From positions 992,001-1,056,000 of the forward strand of contig CBDFJF010000002.1 in assembly GCA_965248265.1 (NCBI GenBank): 64,000 nucleotides of DNA. The letters run 5' to 3'. Position 1 is the first letter of the stretch, and each line of letters begins with the position of its first letter. The notes beneath the pieces are model-generated. The model was given only the letters and a program-made list of their open reading frames with translations. It was not told the DNA's origin and did not search any database. This document shows positions 20,840-30,224 of this stretch, piece by piece. Origin of the DNA: Candidatus Latescibacterota bacterium (GTDB lineage Bacteria; Latescibacterota; UBA2968; UBA8231). A program made the translations under genes and the position numbers.

Positions 20840-20862
20840 CCCTCCGACACACGTAGACCATT

Positions 20863-21516
20863 GTGTACGACATAGAAAACCTGACCGTCGCCTATGACGA
20901 AGCGCCCGTCCTGGAGAACATCTCCCTCCGCATCCGTGCGGGGGAGAAAGCCGTCATCATCGGTCCCAGCGGTGCAGGCAAGTCGACGCTGCTGAAGAAG
21001 CTCTATGAACTGAGGCAGGAGCACTGCGCTTTCATCCACCAGGACTACGCCTTGATCCCGCAGTTGTCCGCCTTCCACAATGTCTACGCCGGGAGGCTGG
21101 ACACGACGGCGACTTTCTCAAATCTGCTGAATCTGATACGCCCGCGGGACCACGCACTGGAGGAGATTCAGCCGATTTTCCAGGCGCTGGAGATGGGGGA
21201 CAAAATCAACGAGCGAGTCAGCAATCTGTCCGGTGGTCAGCAGCAGCGGGTAGCCGTCGGTCGCGCCATCTACCGACGCAGTGACATCCTACTGGGCGAT
21301 GAGCCGGTCTCATCCATTGACCCTCACCAGGCCGGCTCAGTGCTGCAACTCATCAAGGACAGTTCGCCGACCGTGGTCCTGGCCATGCACGATGTGCGGC
21401 TGGCGCTTGAGCACTTCCCCCGGGTGATTGGGCTGCGTGAGAAGTGCGTGGCCTTCGACCTCCCGGCCGCGGAAGTGGACGAGTCCGTACTGCGGGACCT
21501 GTACGCTGGTGAGTGA
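20863..21516 (+). CDS. ABC transporter ATP-binding protein (PhnC-like)
   Basis: Walker A GPSGAGKST, signature LSGGQQQR, Walker B LLGDEP. Confidence 0.9.
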   Translation: MYDIENLTVAYDEAPVLENISLRIRAGEKAVIIGPSGAGKSTLLKKLYELRQEHCAFIHQDYALIPQLSAFHNVYAGRLDTTATFSNLLNLIRPRDHALEEIQPIFQALEMGDKINERVSNLSGGQQQRVAVGRAIYRRSDILLGDEPVSSIDPHQAGSVLQLIKDSSPTVVLAMHDVRLALEHFPRVIGLREKCVAFDLPAAEVDESVLRDLYAGE

Positions 21517-21570
21517 TGGAATCGCCGGCAGGCATCCTGGTAAGTCGAGCTGGCGCAGATCGGTAGCCGC

Positions 21571-23061
21571 ATGCTGAAGGTGAGTCTGTCGTTTCTGGCT
21601 GTCGCCCTGCTGTGTCTTGGACTGGCTGATGTTGAGGTAACGACGCTCGATCCCTGGCAGGAGATCGAGCGCATCGCCACGGGATTCGTTACCCCCGACC
21701 TGCCCGTTCTACTGGGGTTTCGCGAGGCCTTACTCAACACCGTCACCTTCGCCTTCTGCGGCATCGCCATCGGGCTCGGGTTCGGCTCCATTCTAGCCCT
21801 GTTCTTTCAATACACGGCCGTACGTCTGTTTTGCGCCTTCATCCGCGCCATACACGAGATCTTCTGGGCCTTCCTGTTCCTGCCCCTGGTGGGGCTGAAC
21901 CCCGTTTGCGGAGTGCTGGCCATCGGCATTCCGTACGCAGGGGTTTTCGGCAAGGTATTCGCCGAGATCCTACAGGAGGCGGACCAGAGACCGCTGGAGG
22001 GACTACCCGCAAACACCAGTCGCATGAGTCGCTTCCTGTACGGGGTGCTCCCCGTCATCTACCACGACCTCAAGAGCTACACGTCCTATCGTTTTGAGTG
22101 CGCCCTACGCTCAAGCGCCATTCTCGGATTTATCGGCTTGCCTACGCTCGGATTTCACCTGGAGACGGCATTCCGTGAGGGCCTGTACTCGGAGGCGCCG
22201 GCTCTCCTCTACGCCTTCTACCTGTTGATCGCGTCCCTGCGCTACTGGGTAAAGCCGAAACTCGTTCTCGTCTACGTGGCCGCTTCGTTCGCGCTGATCT
22301 CGACCGAAGTCAATATATCACTGCAGAACATCACGCGGTTTCTGACCTATGAGATCCTGCCATGGCCGATGCGGCGAGAGGGTTTTCTCAGCGGCAGCCG
22401 TGAGGTGTCCTTCCCCATTGAGCAGGTCTGGCAATGGGGCGTCGACCTCTTTACCAGCGAGGCGCTGCCCGGGATGTGGAACACGGTCATACTGACGCAG
22501 GTCGTGCTCGCAGGCACTGCCATCTTTACGCTGGTATTCTTCGGTGGGATCTGCCGGCACCTGACGTCACAGCGGCCAGCGCGCGGGTTGGCGCACTACG
22601 GGCTCATCGTTCTGAGGACAACGCCGGAGTACATCATGGCCTACGTGTTCTTGCAGATGTGGGGGCCGTCGATGCTGCCGGCGATTCTGGCGATTACTCT
22701 CCATAACGGCGCCATACTGGCCTACCTTACAGGTAAGAACGCCGATCTGGTGGAGCTGCGAATGGACGCCCCGAGCAAGCGGCGCAATCGCTATCTGTTC
22801 GAGATTCTGCCAAGGGTCTACGGCCAGTTCCTGGCCTTCCTGTTCTATCGCTGGGAGGTGATGATGAGGGAATCGGCCATGCTCGGAATCCTGGGCATAT
22901 TCACGATCGGTTTTTTCATCGACAGTGCGATCGCTGACGACAAGCTGGACAAGGCGGTGTTCCTCATCGCCCTGACGGCTCTCTTGAACATGGGTATCGA
23001 TTCCATTTCACAGCTGATTCGCAAACGTCTGCGCGTAACCACCGGGGCCGTGTACACTTGA
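21571..23061 (+). CDS. ABC transporter permease with two fused PhnE-like halves
   Basis: RAIHEIFWA and YRFECALRSSAILGFIG; second half LRTTPEY and YRWEVMMRESAMLG. Confidence 0.88.
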   Translation: MLKVSLSFLAVALLCLGLADVEVTTLDPWQEIERIATGFVTPDLPVLLGFREALLNTVTFAFCGIAIGLGFGSILALFFQYTAVRLFCAFIRAIHEIFWAFLFLPLVGLNPVCGVLAIGIPYAGVFGKVFAEILQEADQRPLEGLPANTSRMSRFLYGVLPVIYHDLKSYTSYRFECALRSSAILGFIGLPTLGFHLETAFREGLYSEAPALLYAFYLLIASLRYWVKPKLVLVYVAASFALISTEVNISLQNITRFLTYEILPWPMRREGFLSGSREVSFPIEQVWQWGVDLFTSEALPGMWNTVILTQVVLAGTAIFTLVFFGGICRHLTSQRPARGLAHYGLIVLRTTPEYIMAYVFLQMWGPSMLPAILAITLHNGAILAYLTGKNADLVELRMDAPSKRRNRYLFEILPRVYGQFLAFLFYRWEVMMRESAMLGILGIFTIGFFIDSAIADDKLDKAVFLIALTALLNMGIDSISQLIRKRLRVTTGAVYT

Positions 23062-23104
23062 TCCACTCACTTGTTTCTGTAATTGGGAGGAGAAGCATCA
23101 ACGT

Positions 23105-24100
23105 ATGAAAAGGGCAATTTTCTTTTTCGCGGTAGCGGGCCTGCTGGCCGCTGCTGACGGAGCTGCAGCTGAAAGCAAGCTTTCGGGCAACACCTTCGGT
23201 GACTACTACTGGTTCGCCGCAAACCACGACGCGGCCACGGAAGATCAGAATGGTCTGTGGATCCGGCGGGTATACCTGACCTATGACATGAACAAGAGTG
23301 ACAATGTGTCCCTGCGCTTTCGTCTGGAATCAGGGAGTCCCGGTGTTGGCGGCGCGGGCAAAATGGAGCCGTTCGCGAAGGACGCCTATTTGAAGTGGAC
23401 CCCTGGCGGGGGAAGCCGCACGTGGTACATCGGCCTGTCAGGAGCGCCGACCTTCACGGGAGTCGAAAAGGCCTGGGGTTACCGGCATGTCGAGAAAACG
23501 CCCGTCGACCTCTACAAGCTCGGCTCCACGCGGGACTTCGGCATTGGAGTCAAACACAAACTGAGTGAAAAAGCTGACCTCCACCTGATGATCGGTAACG
23601 GCAACAGCACGGGAGCCGAGAACAACAAGGGCAAGAAATACATGGCTTCCGCCGGGCTGGCGCTCACCGACGACATCACCGTGCGCGGGAACCTCGATTT
23701 CGACGACCAGGCGGGCGAGGCCACCTTCATGACCGCCCAGGTGCTGCTGTTTCAGAAGACGGATACCTACCGGTGGGGTCTGCAATACGTACTCAACAAT
23801 CAGGATAACGGCACGACCGACCAGAGCGTTAACGTGGCTGCCGGCTACGTCGTTTTCTATTTGAACGAGGGCACGTCCGCGCTGGTGAGGGTTGACGCGT
23901 TGCTGGACGAGAGTCCGAAGGTGGGCGGCGGTTACCTGCCGCTGGTCAATACCTCAAAGCACTACTTCATTCTGGCGGGTGTCGACTTTTCGCCCGAAGA
24001 GAATTTCCACGTGATCCCGAATGCTGAAATCGTCGTCTACGATCAGGGTGGCGTGGATACCGACATTGTGCCGCGGGTGACGTTCTCCTACACGTTCTAA
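23105..24100 (+). CDS. Outer-membrane porin-like beta-barrel
   Basis: Signal peptide, IRRVYLTYD, KDAYLKW, alternating beta strands, C-terminal Phe (TFSYTF); strong GGGAGG RBS. Confidence 0.75.
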   Translation: MKRAIFFFAVAGLLAAADGAAAESKLSGNTFGDYYWFAANHDAATEDQNGLWIRRVYLTYDMNKSDNVSLRFRLESGSPGVGGAGKMEPFAKDAYLKWTPGGGSRTWYIGLSGAPTFTGVEKAWGYRHVEKTPVDLYKLGSTRDFGIGVKHKLSEKADLHLMIGNGNSTGAENNKGKKYMASAGLALTDDITVRGNLDFDDQAGEATFMTAQVLLFQKTDTYRWGLQYVLNNQDNGTTDQSVNVAAGYVVFYLNEGTSALVRVDALLDESPKVGGGYLPLVNTSKHYFILAGVDFSPEENFHVIPNAEIVVYDQGGVDTDIVPRVTFSYTF

Positions 24101-24145
24101 ACGCGAGGTGCTTGGCCTCCGATTGAACGGCGCCTGCTCACGATC

Positions 24146-25663
24146 TCACTTCGGGGTTTCGTCGGGGGACAGGATTCTGGCGACCAGACGTCTGAGATCT
24201 TTGCCTCTGACTGGTTTGGTGACGAAAGGCACGCGCGTTCGGTCCATGAACTCGCGCGCACGTGGAGTAAAGACTCCGCCGGTTATGACGACGAAACGGC
24301 CGTCCTTGTTGGCTGCTCCTGAGCAGAAGGCTTCATAGATATCGATGCCGTCTGCATTCGGCATCATCATGTCGCACAATACGAGATCAAAGGCCTCCTG
24401 CTTTACCAGGGCCATGGCCGCGGCGCCGTCAGTCTCGGCAATGACCTCGTGCTCGGCGAGGACGAGGGTGATGATACGGCAGATCTCCGGCTCATCGTCG
24501 ATAACGAGGATCTTCGCTCCTGTGACCGGTACTTCAGGCGATTGCTCTTCCCCCTGTGCGGTTGGTATGTCGACGGCCGGCAGTGCTGCCCGGAACGTGC
24601 TCCCACGACCGTGGGTGGATTCGACCTGCAAATCTCCGCCAAATTCGCGCATGGTTTGACGCGAGATGGACAGACCGAGTCCAGCGCCCTCATTGGGTCT
24701 ACGGGTGCTGAAAAAGGCGTCGAAGATGAGCTCGAGATCTGCGGCCGGGATGCCGACGCCGTTGTCGCTAACCTCGATCACGGCCTGTGAGTTCTCAAGC
24801 CTCGTGGCAACGCTGATGCAGTTGCTGGCCAGAGACGCTGTTTCGAAGGCCAGAGAGGCGTTCTGGACCAGATTGATGACTACCTGGCCCAGCCTCGCGG
24901 CATCGGCACACACGGTGAGTTCGTCTCGATGCGTACATGATAATTGAGCCCGGTGCGACACCACATTCTGCACCATACGCAGTGAAGAGTCGACGGTCTG
25001 ACAGAGGTCGATGACTGTGTTGACAGGGCGTTCGTCAGGCGCCAACTCCCTCAGACTGTCAACGATGCTCGCCATGCGATCGATGCCGGTCACCGCTTCC
25101 TTCAGGCTTTCCACGAGAGCAGTAAAACGGCCACCGTCGTCCTCTTTATCGAGATTATCGAGCGCATCCTGAACATGCTCCACATTCATCAGGGTGAACG
25201 TGAGGGGATTGTTGAGCTCGTGGGCGACACCCGCGGCCAGGGTTGAGATCGCAGAAAGCCGTCCCGTGGCGCGAGTGTGGGCCTCTCGCTCGATCTGCTC
25301 TCGTTGCTGCCGCAGATCAGTGATGAGCCCACCGATTTCCTCGCCGCCGGCATTCACCTGGAAAGCGAGAACGTCGGAGGGTGAGCCGTCCAAGCGGCGG
25401 GTTGCCTGGGAGCTGAAGTCGCCGGCAGCATGCCTGGACAGGACCTCTCCGAGTTCGAGCACGGTCTCCTCGAGACTTGCCCTCGAACGGTCGCGCTCAG
25501 CGAACAGTTCAGTGAGCTCCTCGGCGAGCACATTGACCAGGTAGGCGATGATGTCCTCGGTGTCGCGCCGGCCGTTGCGGGGCAGGCGGGCCGTCAGGTC
25601 TCCCTGCGACAAGCTGATGAATACGGAGACCAGCTGTTCATGGAAGCTGCTGGCATCACTCAT
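24146..25663 (-). CDS. Cytoplasmic hybrid histidine kinase (two HAMP-like repeats, HisKA, HATPase, REC)
   Basis: GVAHELNNPL, NLVQNA, DNGVGI, GAGLGL; REC LVIDDE..LCDMMMP..TKP; no TM helix. Confidence 0.9.
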   Translation of the reverse strand: MSDASSFHEQLVSVFISLSQGDLTARLPRNGRRDTEDIIAYLVNVLAEELTELFAERDRSRASLEETVLELGEVLSRHAAGDFSSQATRRLDGSPSDVLAFQVNAGGEEIGGLITDLRQQREQIEREAHTRATGRLSAISTLAAGVAHELNNPLTFTLMNVEHVQDALDNLDKEDDGGRFTALVESLKEAVTGIDRMASIVDSLRELAPDERPVNTVIDLCQTVDSSLRMVQNVVSHRAQLSCTHRDELTVCADAARLGQVVINLVQNASLAFETASLASNCISVATRLENSQAVIEVSDNGVGIPAADLELIFDAFFSTRRPNEGAGLGLSISRQTMREFGGDLQVESTHGRGSTFRAALPAVDIPTAQGEEQSPEVPVTGAKILVIDDEPEICRIITLVLAEHEVIAETDGAAAMALVKQEAFDLVLCDMMMPNADGIDIYEAFCSGAANKDGRFVVITGGVFTPRAREFMDRTRVPFVTKPVRGKDLRRLVARILSPDETPK

Positions 25664-26093
25664 CGTTCGTCACCGACCGCGCAGTGTTGTGCTGGCGAGC
25701 CCAAACCAGGGCCGCATCGAGCTCCGCGAACATCCTCGTTGGCACCGGCGGTTTTGCGAGTCCCAGGAAGATCGAGGCTATGGCGCGTCCGAACATCGAA
25801 CTCGTGACCAGCGCCACGCAGGTATACCAATCGGCATCGATTTCGTGCTGATAGACCCGCCGAGCGCCGGCTTCCTGATGCGAGATCGGGTCCATCAGCA
25901 CGATCGACGCGCCAGCATGTCCCGCGCGCTTCCAGTGATCGACCTGCAGGGCGATGGCCGCTCGTGCGGTCTGGGCCGTGTCGACGCAGTTGTCGTGTGG
26001 GATGACGACGATGATCCCGTTCTCGGGGGTGAAATACCGGGCCGAATCATTTTCGCCGACTTCGGACCACGTGTCCACTGCCGGCAGGTTCAT
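25656..26093 (-). CDS. STAS/SEC14 (SpoIIAA)-like small protein, paralog 2
   Basis: ARRVY..VALV.SSMFGRAIASIFLGLAKPPVPTRMF..AALVW; ATGA overlap with paralog 1. Confidence 0.7.
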   Translation of the reverse strand: MNLPAVDTWSEVGENDSARYFTPENGIIVVIPHDNCVDTAQTARAAIALQVDHWKRAGHAGASIVLMDPISHQEAGARRVYQHEIDADWYTCVALVTSSMFGRAIASIFLGLAKPPVPTRMFAELDAALVWARQHNTARSVTNDE

Positions 26094-26563
26094 GTATCGG
26101 TCCCCAGCCGTTCCTGGATCCACGGTGCGGCCGCTTCGGCTGAAGCGAACAACCGTGTGGGCACCGACGGCTTGTTCAAGCCCATGAAGAACGCACCCAA
26201 GGCACGCGTCAACAGCGAACCACCTATCAGGGCAATGCCCTCCGCCCAACTGGCGTCTGTCCTGGCGGCGTAGACCTGCCTTGCGTCGCGATCTTGTCCG
26301 AGGAGACGGTCGAAGTAGATGACGACGACCCCCGTCATACCAAGCTCGTTGAAGTAGCGAATCTGGTAGTCCATGTTTTCGGTGGCGGATTCACCTGTGT
26401 CCTGCGTGCCCGCATCTGGCCAGGCTATCAGACAACGCTCCGCGCCGGCATAGTACCTGGTGTTGACGGTGCGGCCCAAGTAGCTGCCCAGATCGCCGTT
26501 CGGGACCGCATTCTGACTGTTATTGTCTTCCGACAACTCAGTGTCTCCGAGGGATTGAATCAC
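26090..26563 (-). CDS. STAS/SEC14 (SpoIIAA)-like small protein, paralog 1
   Basis: ARQVY..IALIGGSLLTRALGAFFMGLNKPSVPTRLF..AAAPW; start position uncertain. Confidence 0.7.
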   Translation of the reverse strand: MIQSLGDTELSEDNNSQNAVPNGDLGSYLGRTVNTRYYAGAERCLIAWPDAGTQDTGESATENMDYQIRYFNELGMTGVVVIYFDRLLGQDRDARQVYAARTDASWAEGIALIGGSLLTRALGAFFMGLNKPSVPTRLFASAEAAAPWIQERLGTDT

Positions 26564-26622
26564 AGAAGCTAAAACAACAATGCGAAAAGATCACGGTGGA
26601 CTACGAGCCGTGGTCGCCGCGG

Positions 26623-27627
26623 TCAGGGGACGGTGAGATTCTCGTCCCAAATGCGACGCCAGACCCAGCCGACCGTCATCAGGTCGGGTCCTGAATCCAG
26701 GCGCTGGTTGCCGACGGCGACGGTGCGGTCGCCACGCCTCTCGCCGACGAGGAAGCTGAATACGTAGGCCGGCTCGAAGCCCATGCGTAGATCGACGACG
26801 TGAATCTGCGCTCCGACCTGCCTGACCGCGTAGAACCCCTTCGTGAACCACTGGAGCCGCCGAATGGCATCGTCATCCTTGATGTCATCCACAAGCTCGT
26901 AGTTGCCGGCATAGCGCCCGAAGGTGATATCATCAGAGTCGTCAAACAGCGAGTAGTACCCCTCATAGTAACCGTCGTCGTCTACGACGACGACGACCCG
27001 CCACAGCAAGGCGTTGAACGGGCTGGCGATGGACAGGTAGTTTCGGTGCTCGATGGATTGAGCTGCAAGGGTACGCTCGGTCATCTGGTCCACGTACACC
27101 TTGGCCACGACAGTAAACAGCAGGTAGGCCGTACTGACCACCAATCCGAGGGTGTTGAGCCTGAACCCCCTGTTCCGCTTCCAGATCAGGGCGCCGGCGA
27201 TGCCGACGAGTAGTGGCGCAGTGTAGGCGGGGTCGATGATGAAGATGGTCGACCAGGTCGTCGGAGGCACCTTCAGGGGCCACCACAGCTGGGTGCCGTA
27301 CACGGTAAGGGCATCCAGCAGGGAGTGCGTGATCAAGCACAAATAGGTGAGTGCCAGCCGACCTCGCAAGAAGGGACGCGATGAGCCCTGGACGCGTCCT
27401 ATAACCCAGGCCAGGACAGGGGCCGCGAAGGCCTGTACGACGAGAGAGTGGCTGAAGCTGCGGTGTCCGGTAAAGTTTGCGACATCATCGCCCAGCGAAA
27501 CGAAGACATCGAGGTCCGGAAGAGTAGCGACAAGGGCCCCCCAGGCGAGCGCTTTGCCCCCCATCTGGCGGCCGAGCACGGTGTGGCCGACCGCGGCTCC
27601 GAGGGCTGCTTGCGTTACCGAGTCCAC
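26623..27627 (-). CDS. Membrane metal-dependent hydrolase (YdjM-like)
   Basis: MDSVTQAALG, LPDLD, HRSFSHS, THSLLDALTVYGT. Confidence 0.88.
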   Translation of the reverse strand: MDSVTQAALGAAVGHTVLGRQMGGKALAWGALVATLPDLDVFVSLGDDVANFTGHRSFSHSLVVQAFAAPVLAWVIGRVQGSSRPFLRGRLALTYLCLITHSLLDALTVYGTQLWWPLKVPPTTWSTIFIIDPAYTAPLLVGIAGALIWKRNRGFRLNTLGLVVSTAYLLFTVVAKVYVDQMTERTLAAQSIEHRNYLSIASPFNALLWRVVVVVDDDGYYEGYYSLFDDSDDITFGRYAGNYELVDDIKDDDAIRRLQWFTKGFYAVRQVGAQIHVVDLRMGFEPAYVFSFLVGERRGDRTVAVGNQRLDSGPDLMTVGWVWRRIWDENLTVP

Positions 27628-27655
27628 GATCGATCCACCGCACTATCGCTGACGA

Positions 27656-28387
27656 CTAAAGAAAACACAGTGCCCCCGCGACGATGAGCAACGCGCACAC
27701 GACACTCCGGAAGACTCGTTCGTCGAGGCGCGGGTGGATGAAGTGGCCGCCGACGGCGGCTGCCACAACCGCCGGCGCCAACCAGAGTGAGAATTCCAAT
27801 TCTGTTATCGTGTACAATCCGGCCCTGACAAACAGTGCCAGGCGCCAGGTGTACTCGATTGCGAAGAGGGTGATGAGGGTGGCTCGGAACACCTGCTTGT
27901 CCGATGTCTGGTACGCCAGGTAGGCCACATAGGCCGGGCCCGATGTGCCGAACACGCCACCCAGAACGCCGCCGATAACACCGGCAACGAGGCCCCACGC
28001 GCGAGAGATCGGCGGCGCTTCGCCGGACCGGTTTCTGTGCAGCAAATGGAGGCCGGCCAGAATGACGAAAACCCCGAGCGCGCTCTTCAGCGATCCATCC
28101 GTCACTGATTGCAATAACCTGACGCCAATGATGCTGCCTGCCAGAGCGCCAATCAGAAGGACAGCCAGATTTCGGCAGTCGACCAGTCGCCAAACACGGG
28201 GAACGAGGATCAGGCTGAGGACAACTTCGAGGGAGCATTCAACCGGGACGACGAACTGCATGTCGAAAAACAGCGCCAACAGGGGGACACACAGAAGCGC
28301 GCCGCCGAATCCGGTGAGGGCACGAGTAAAAAAGGCGAAAAGGACGATCAGGTTGGCGGCGAGTAGAACCGTGGTCGATGCTTCCAA
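27656..28387 (-). CDS. Sulfite exporter TauE/SafE family protein
   Basis: TGFGGALL..PLL and GGVFGTSGP half-repeats; about 8 TM. Confidence 0.85.
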   Translation of the reverse strand: MEASTTVLLAANLIVLFAFFTRALTGFGGALLCVPLLALFFDMQFVVPVECSLEVVLSLILVPRVWRLVDCRNLAVLLIGALAGSIIGVRLLQSVTDGSLKSALGVFVILAGLHLLHRNRSGEAPPISRAWGLVAGVIGGVLGGVFGTSGPAYVAYLAYQTSDKQVFRATLITLFAIEYTWRLALFVRAGLYTITELEFSLWLAPAVVAAAVGGHFIHPRLDERVFRSVVCALLIVAGALCFL

Positions 28388-28539
28388 GTTGCCTGTCGTG
28401 TGGGTAGGGGTGAGTGAGATCGGCCGTCATGCTCAGACGGTAGACGTGACGCTACAAGCTTCGATCGCCAGCGACTGCAAGATCAAGTTACTCTACTAGA
28501 GCGGGTCGTAGGCCTCTAGGACGATGACGACGATTTTTC

Positions 28540-29274
28540 CTACAGCGAAACAATGGCGTGGATCATCGTGTAACCGGATGCCCGGCGCGGAACGACCATG
28601 AGCCGTCGGCCACTCTTGTTTCGGCCAACCGTCGACCTGGTCACTGCCAACCCCGCCACGGTACCGAGGATGGCCCCACCGACGACGTCCGAGAAGTAGT
28701 GTTTCTCGCGCTCGATGCGAGCCGGTGGCACGAAGGCAGCAAGTGTGTATAGTGGCAATCCCAGGCGCCACCCATAGCGACGTGTCAGGACTGTAGTGAG
28801 TGCGAAGGCGTTGGCGGTATGTCCCGAAGGGAATGAGAGCTTGTTGCTGGCATCGGGGCGTTCCCGGCCAACACCGACTTTCAGTGGCGTCACGAGAACG
28901 TTGGCCAGCAGGATTGCCCGCAGTGTTTCGGAGGCTACGGGCCGCAGCGGACGAAGGTCGGCAGCACTGGCCACAGCCCACAAACCACCCGTTGCCAACA
29001 GACCATAGGTGGTCGAGCCGTAGATGTTGCCGACGTCCATCAGGCGCTGGATCGGCGCGGCGTCGCTGAGGTCTCCTCGAAACTCGTCGTCCCACCGGTG
29101 CCCGAGTAGGGCGCTGCCTATGCCGAGGACGACGAGTCCCACACCGCGAGGTTGGACCAGGTTGCGCAGGTCCTGGCGCAGGACATCCAGCTCGGAGGCC
29201 GCGCTGCCGGGCAGGAAGGGATTCATCCAACTCAGGCAGAGAGCACAACACAGGAATGGAATCCGAATTGCCAT
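28540..29274 (-). CDS. PAP2 family phosphatase
   Basis: KVGVGRERP, SFPSGH, RIEREKHYFSD. Confidence 0.88.
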   Translation of the reverse strand: MAIRIPFLCCALCLSWMNPFLPGSAASELDVLRQDLRNLVQPRGVGLVVLGIGSALLGHRWDDEFRGDLSDAAPIQRLMDVGNIYGSTTYGLLATGGLWAVASAADLRPLRPVASETLRAILLANVLVTPLKVGVGRERPDASNKLSFPSGHTANAFALTTVLTRRYGWRLGLPLYTLAAFVPPARIEREKHYFSDVVGGAILGTVAGLAVTRSTVGRNKSGRRLMVVPRRASGYTMIHAIVSL

Positions 29275-29296
29275 TATACATCGATTGAGAGGATTC

Positions 29297-30037
29297 TCAT
29301 CGGTCCGCCTCGAGCATTTGTCTGAGTTGGTTCGCCACCCAGTCGATGGCTACGTCCGCCATCACGCGTCCCTTCTTCGCGGTGGCGTGGTCACGGGCGG
29401 CTTTGTGGTAGACCGGATCCGCGTCTCGGTATGATTCGCTCTTTATGTCGAACTGCTCAGCGTCGTAATCGACCCCCTCCCAATGGACGTTTTCGGGAAA
29501 CAATGCTTGCGCGAAGGAGGTCTCGAACTCGGCTGCATGGGCGGGGCAGTCATTGGATTCCATCTGCTCCTTCACCAACGCCGCGCTGTAGGCTTCCCAG
29601 TAACTGTGGAAGCGGACATCGATGTTCATTGTCTTGCCGAACTCGTCCATGTGTTCGCGCAGTGGGCTGTTGCCGGCGTGTCCATTGCAGATGAAGATGC
29701 AGTCGATGCCATGGCGCCGCAGGCTGTCACAGATTTCGCCAGCGACGGCGGCAAAGGTCTCCGGTTTCAACGTCAATGTCCCCGGCCACTCCATCCAGTG
29801 TTCGGAGATGCCGACGGGGATGGGGGTGGCTACGACCACCTGAGGATAGAGTGCCAGTGCCGCTTGCCACGCTACGTGTAAGGCGCTGACAGTATCGTGC
29901 TCGATCGCCAGGTGCTCATTGTGCTGCTCCGTACTTCCGGTTGGCAGGATGGCCGCTTTGAAGTGGCCCTGTCGCAGATGCTCGCGAATCTGCTTCCTTG
30001 TCAACTTCCACAACCTGACTTCACCGGTAATCATCAT
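29297..30037 (-). CDS. Creatininase family amidohydrolase
   Basis: LPTGSTEQH..HL..D, SEHW..PGT, NGHAGN, HAAEFETS; ATG at 30037 with GGAG RBS. Confidence 0.88.
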   Translation of the reverse strand: MMITGEVRLWKLTRKQIREHLRQGHFKAAILPTGSTEQHNEHLAIEHDTVSALHVAWQAALALYPQVVVATPIPVGISEHWMEWPGTLTLKPETFAAVAGEICDSLRRHGIDCIFICNGHAGNSPLREHMDEFGKTMNIDVRFHSYWEAYSAALVKEQMESNDCPAHAAEFETSFAQALFPENVHWEGVDYDAEQFDIKSESYRDADPVYHKAARDHATAKKGRVMADVAIDWVANQLRQMLEADR

Positions 30038-30224
30038 GCTCTCCTGGAGCCGCGTTTGGTCCACTTTCGGGCAGTATAAGGTCATCACCGAATTGCGGCG
30101 ATTCCAAGGCTGCCACAGGGTCTCAACAGCATGGCTTCTCCTCGTCGGTGGCTGAAACTATGTTTGACTCCCTGTTGTCGGTGGCGCTTCGACCGCAAGC
30201 GTATTCTCTAACAACGAGCTGATC

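Noticed and set aside
20854-20856. Pyrrolysine read-through of the in-frame TAG
   Set aside because: No pyl genes are in the window, and the site is in an N-terminal extension rather than an active site
19985-23061. Phosphonate uptake system phnCDE
   Set aside because: No C-P lyase or ptxD genes are nearby, and the SBP motifs and selD adjacency favour the Se-associated subfamily, although the substrate is unproven
28496-28519. CTAGAG…CTCTAG hairpin as a terminator
   Set aside because: The stem is only 6 bp with a 12-nt loop and has no adjacent U-tract
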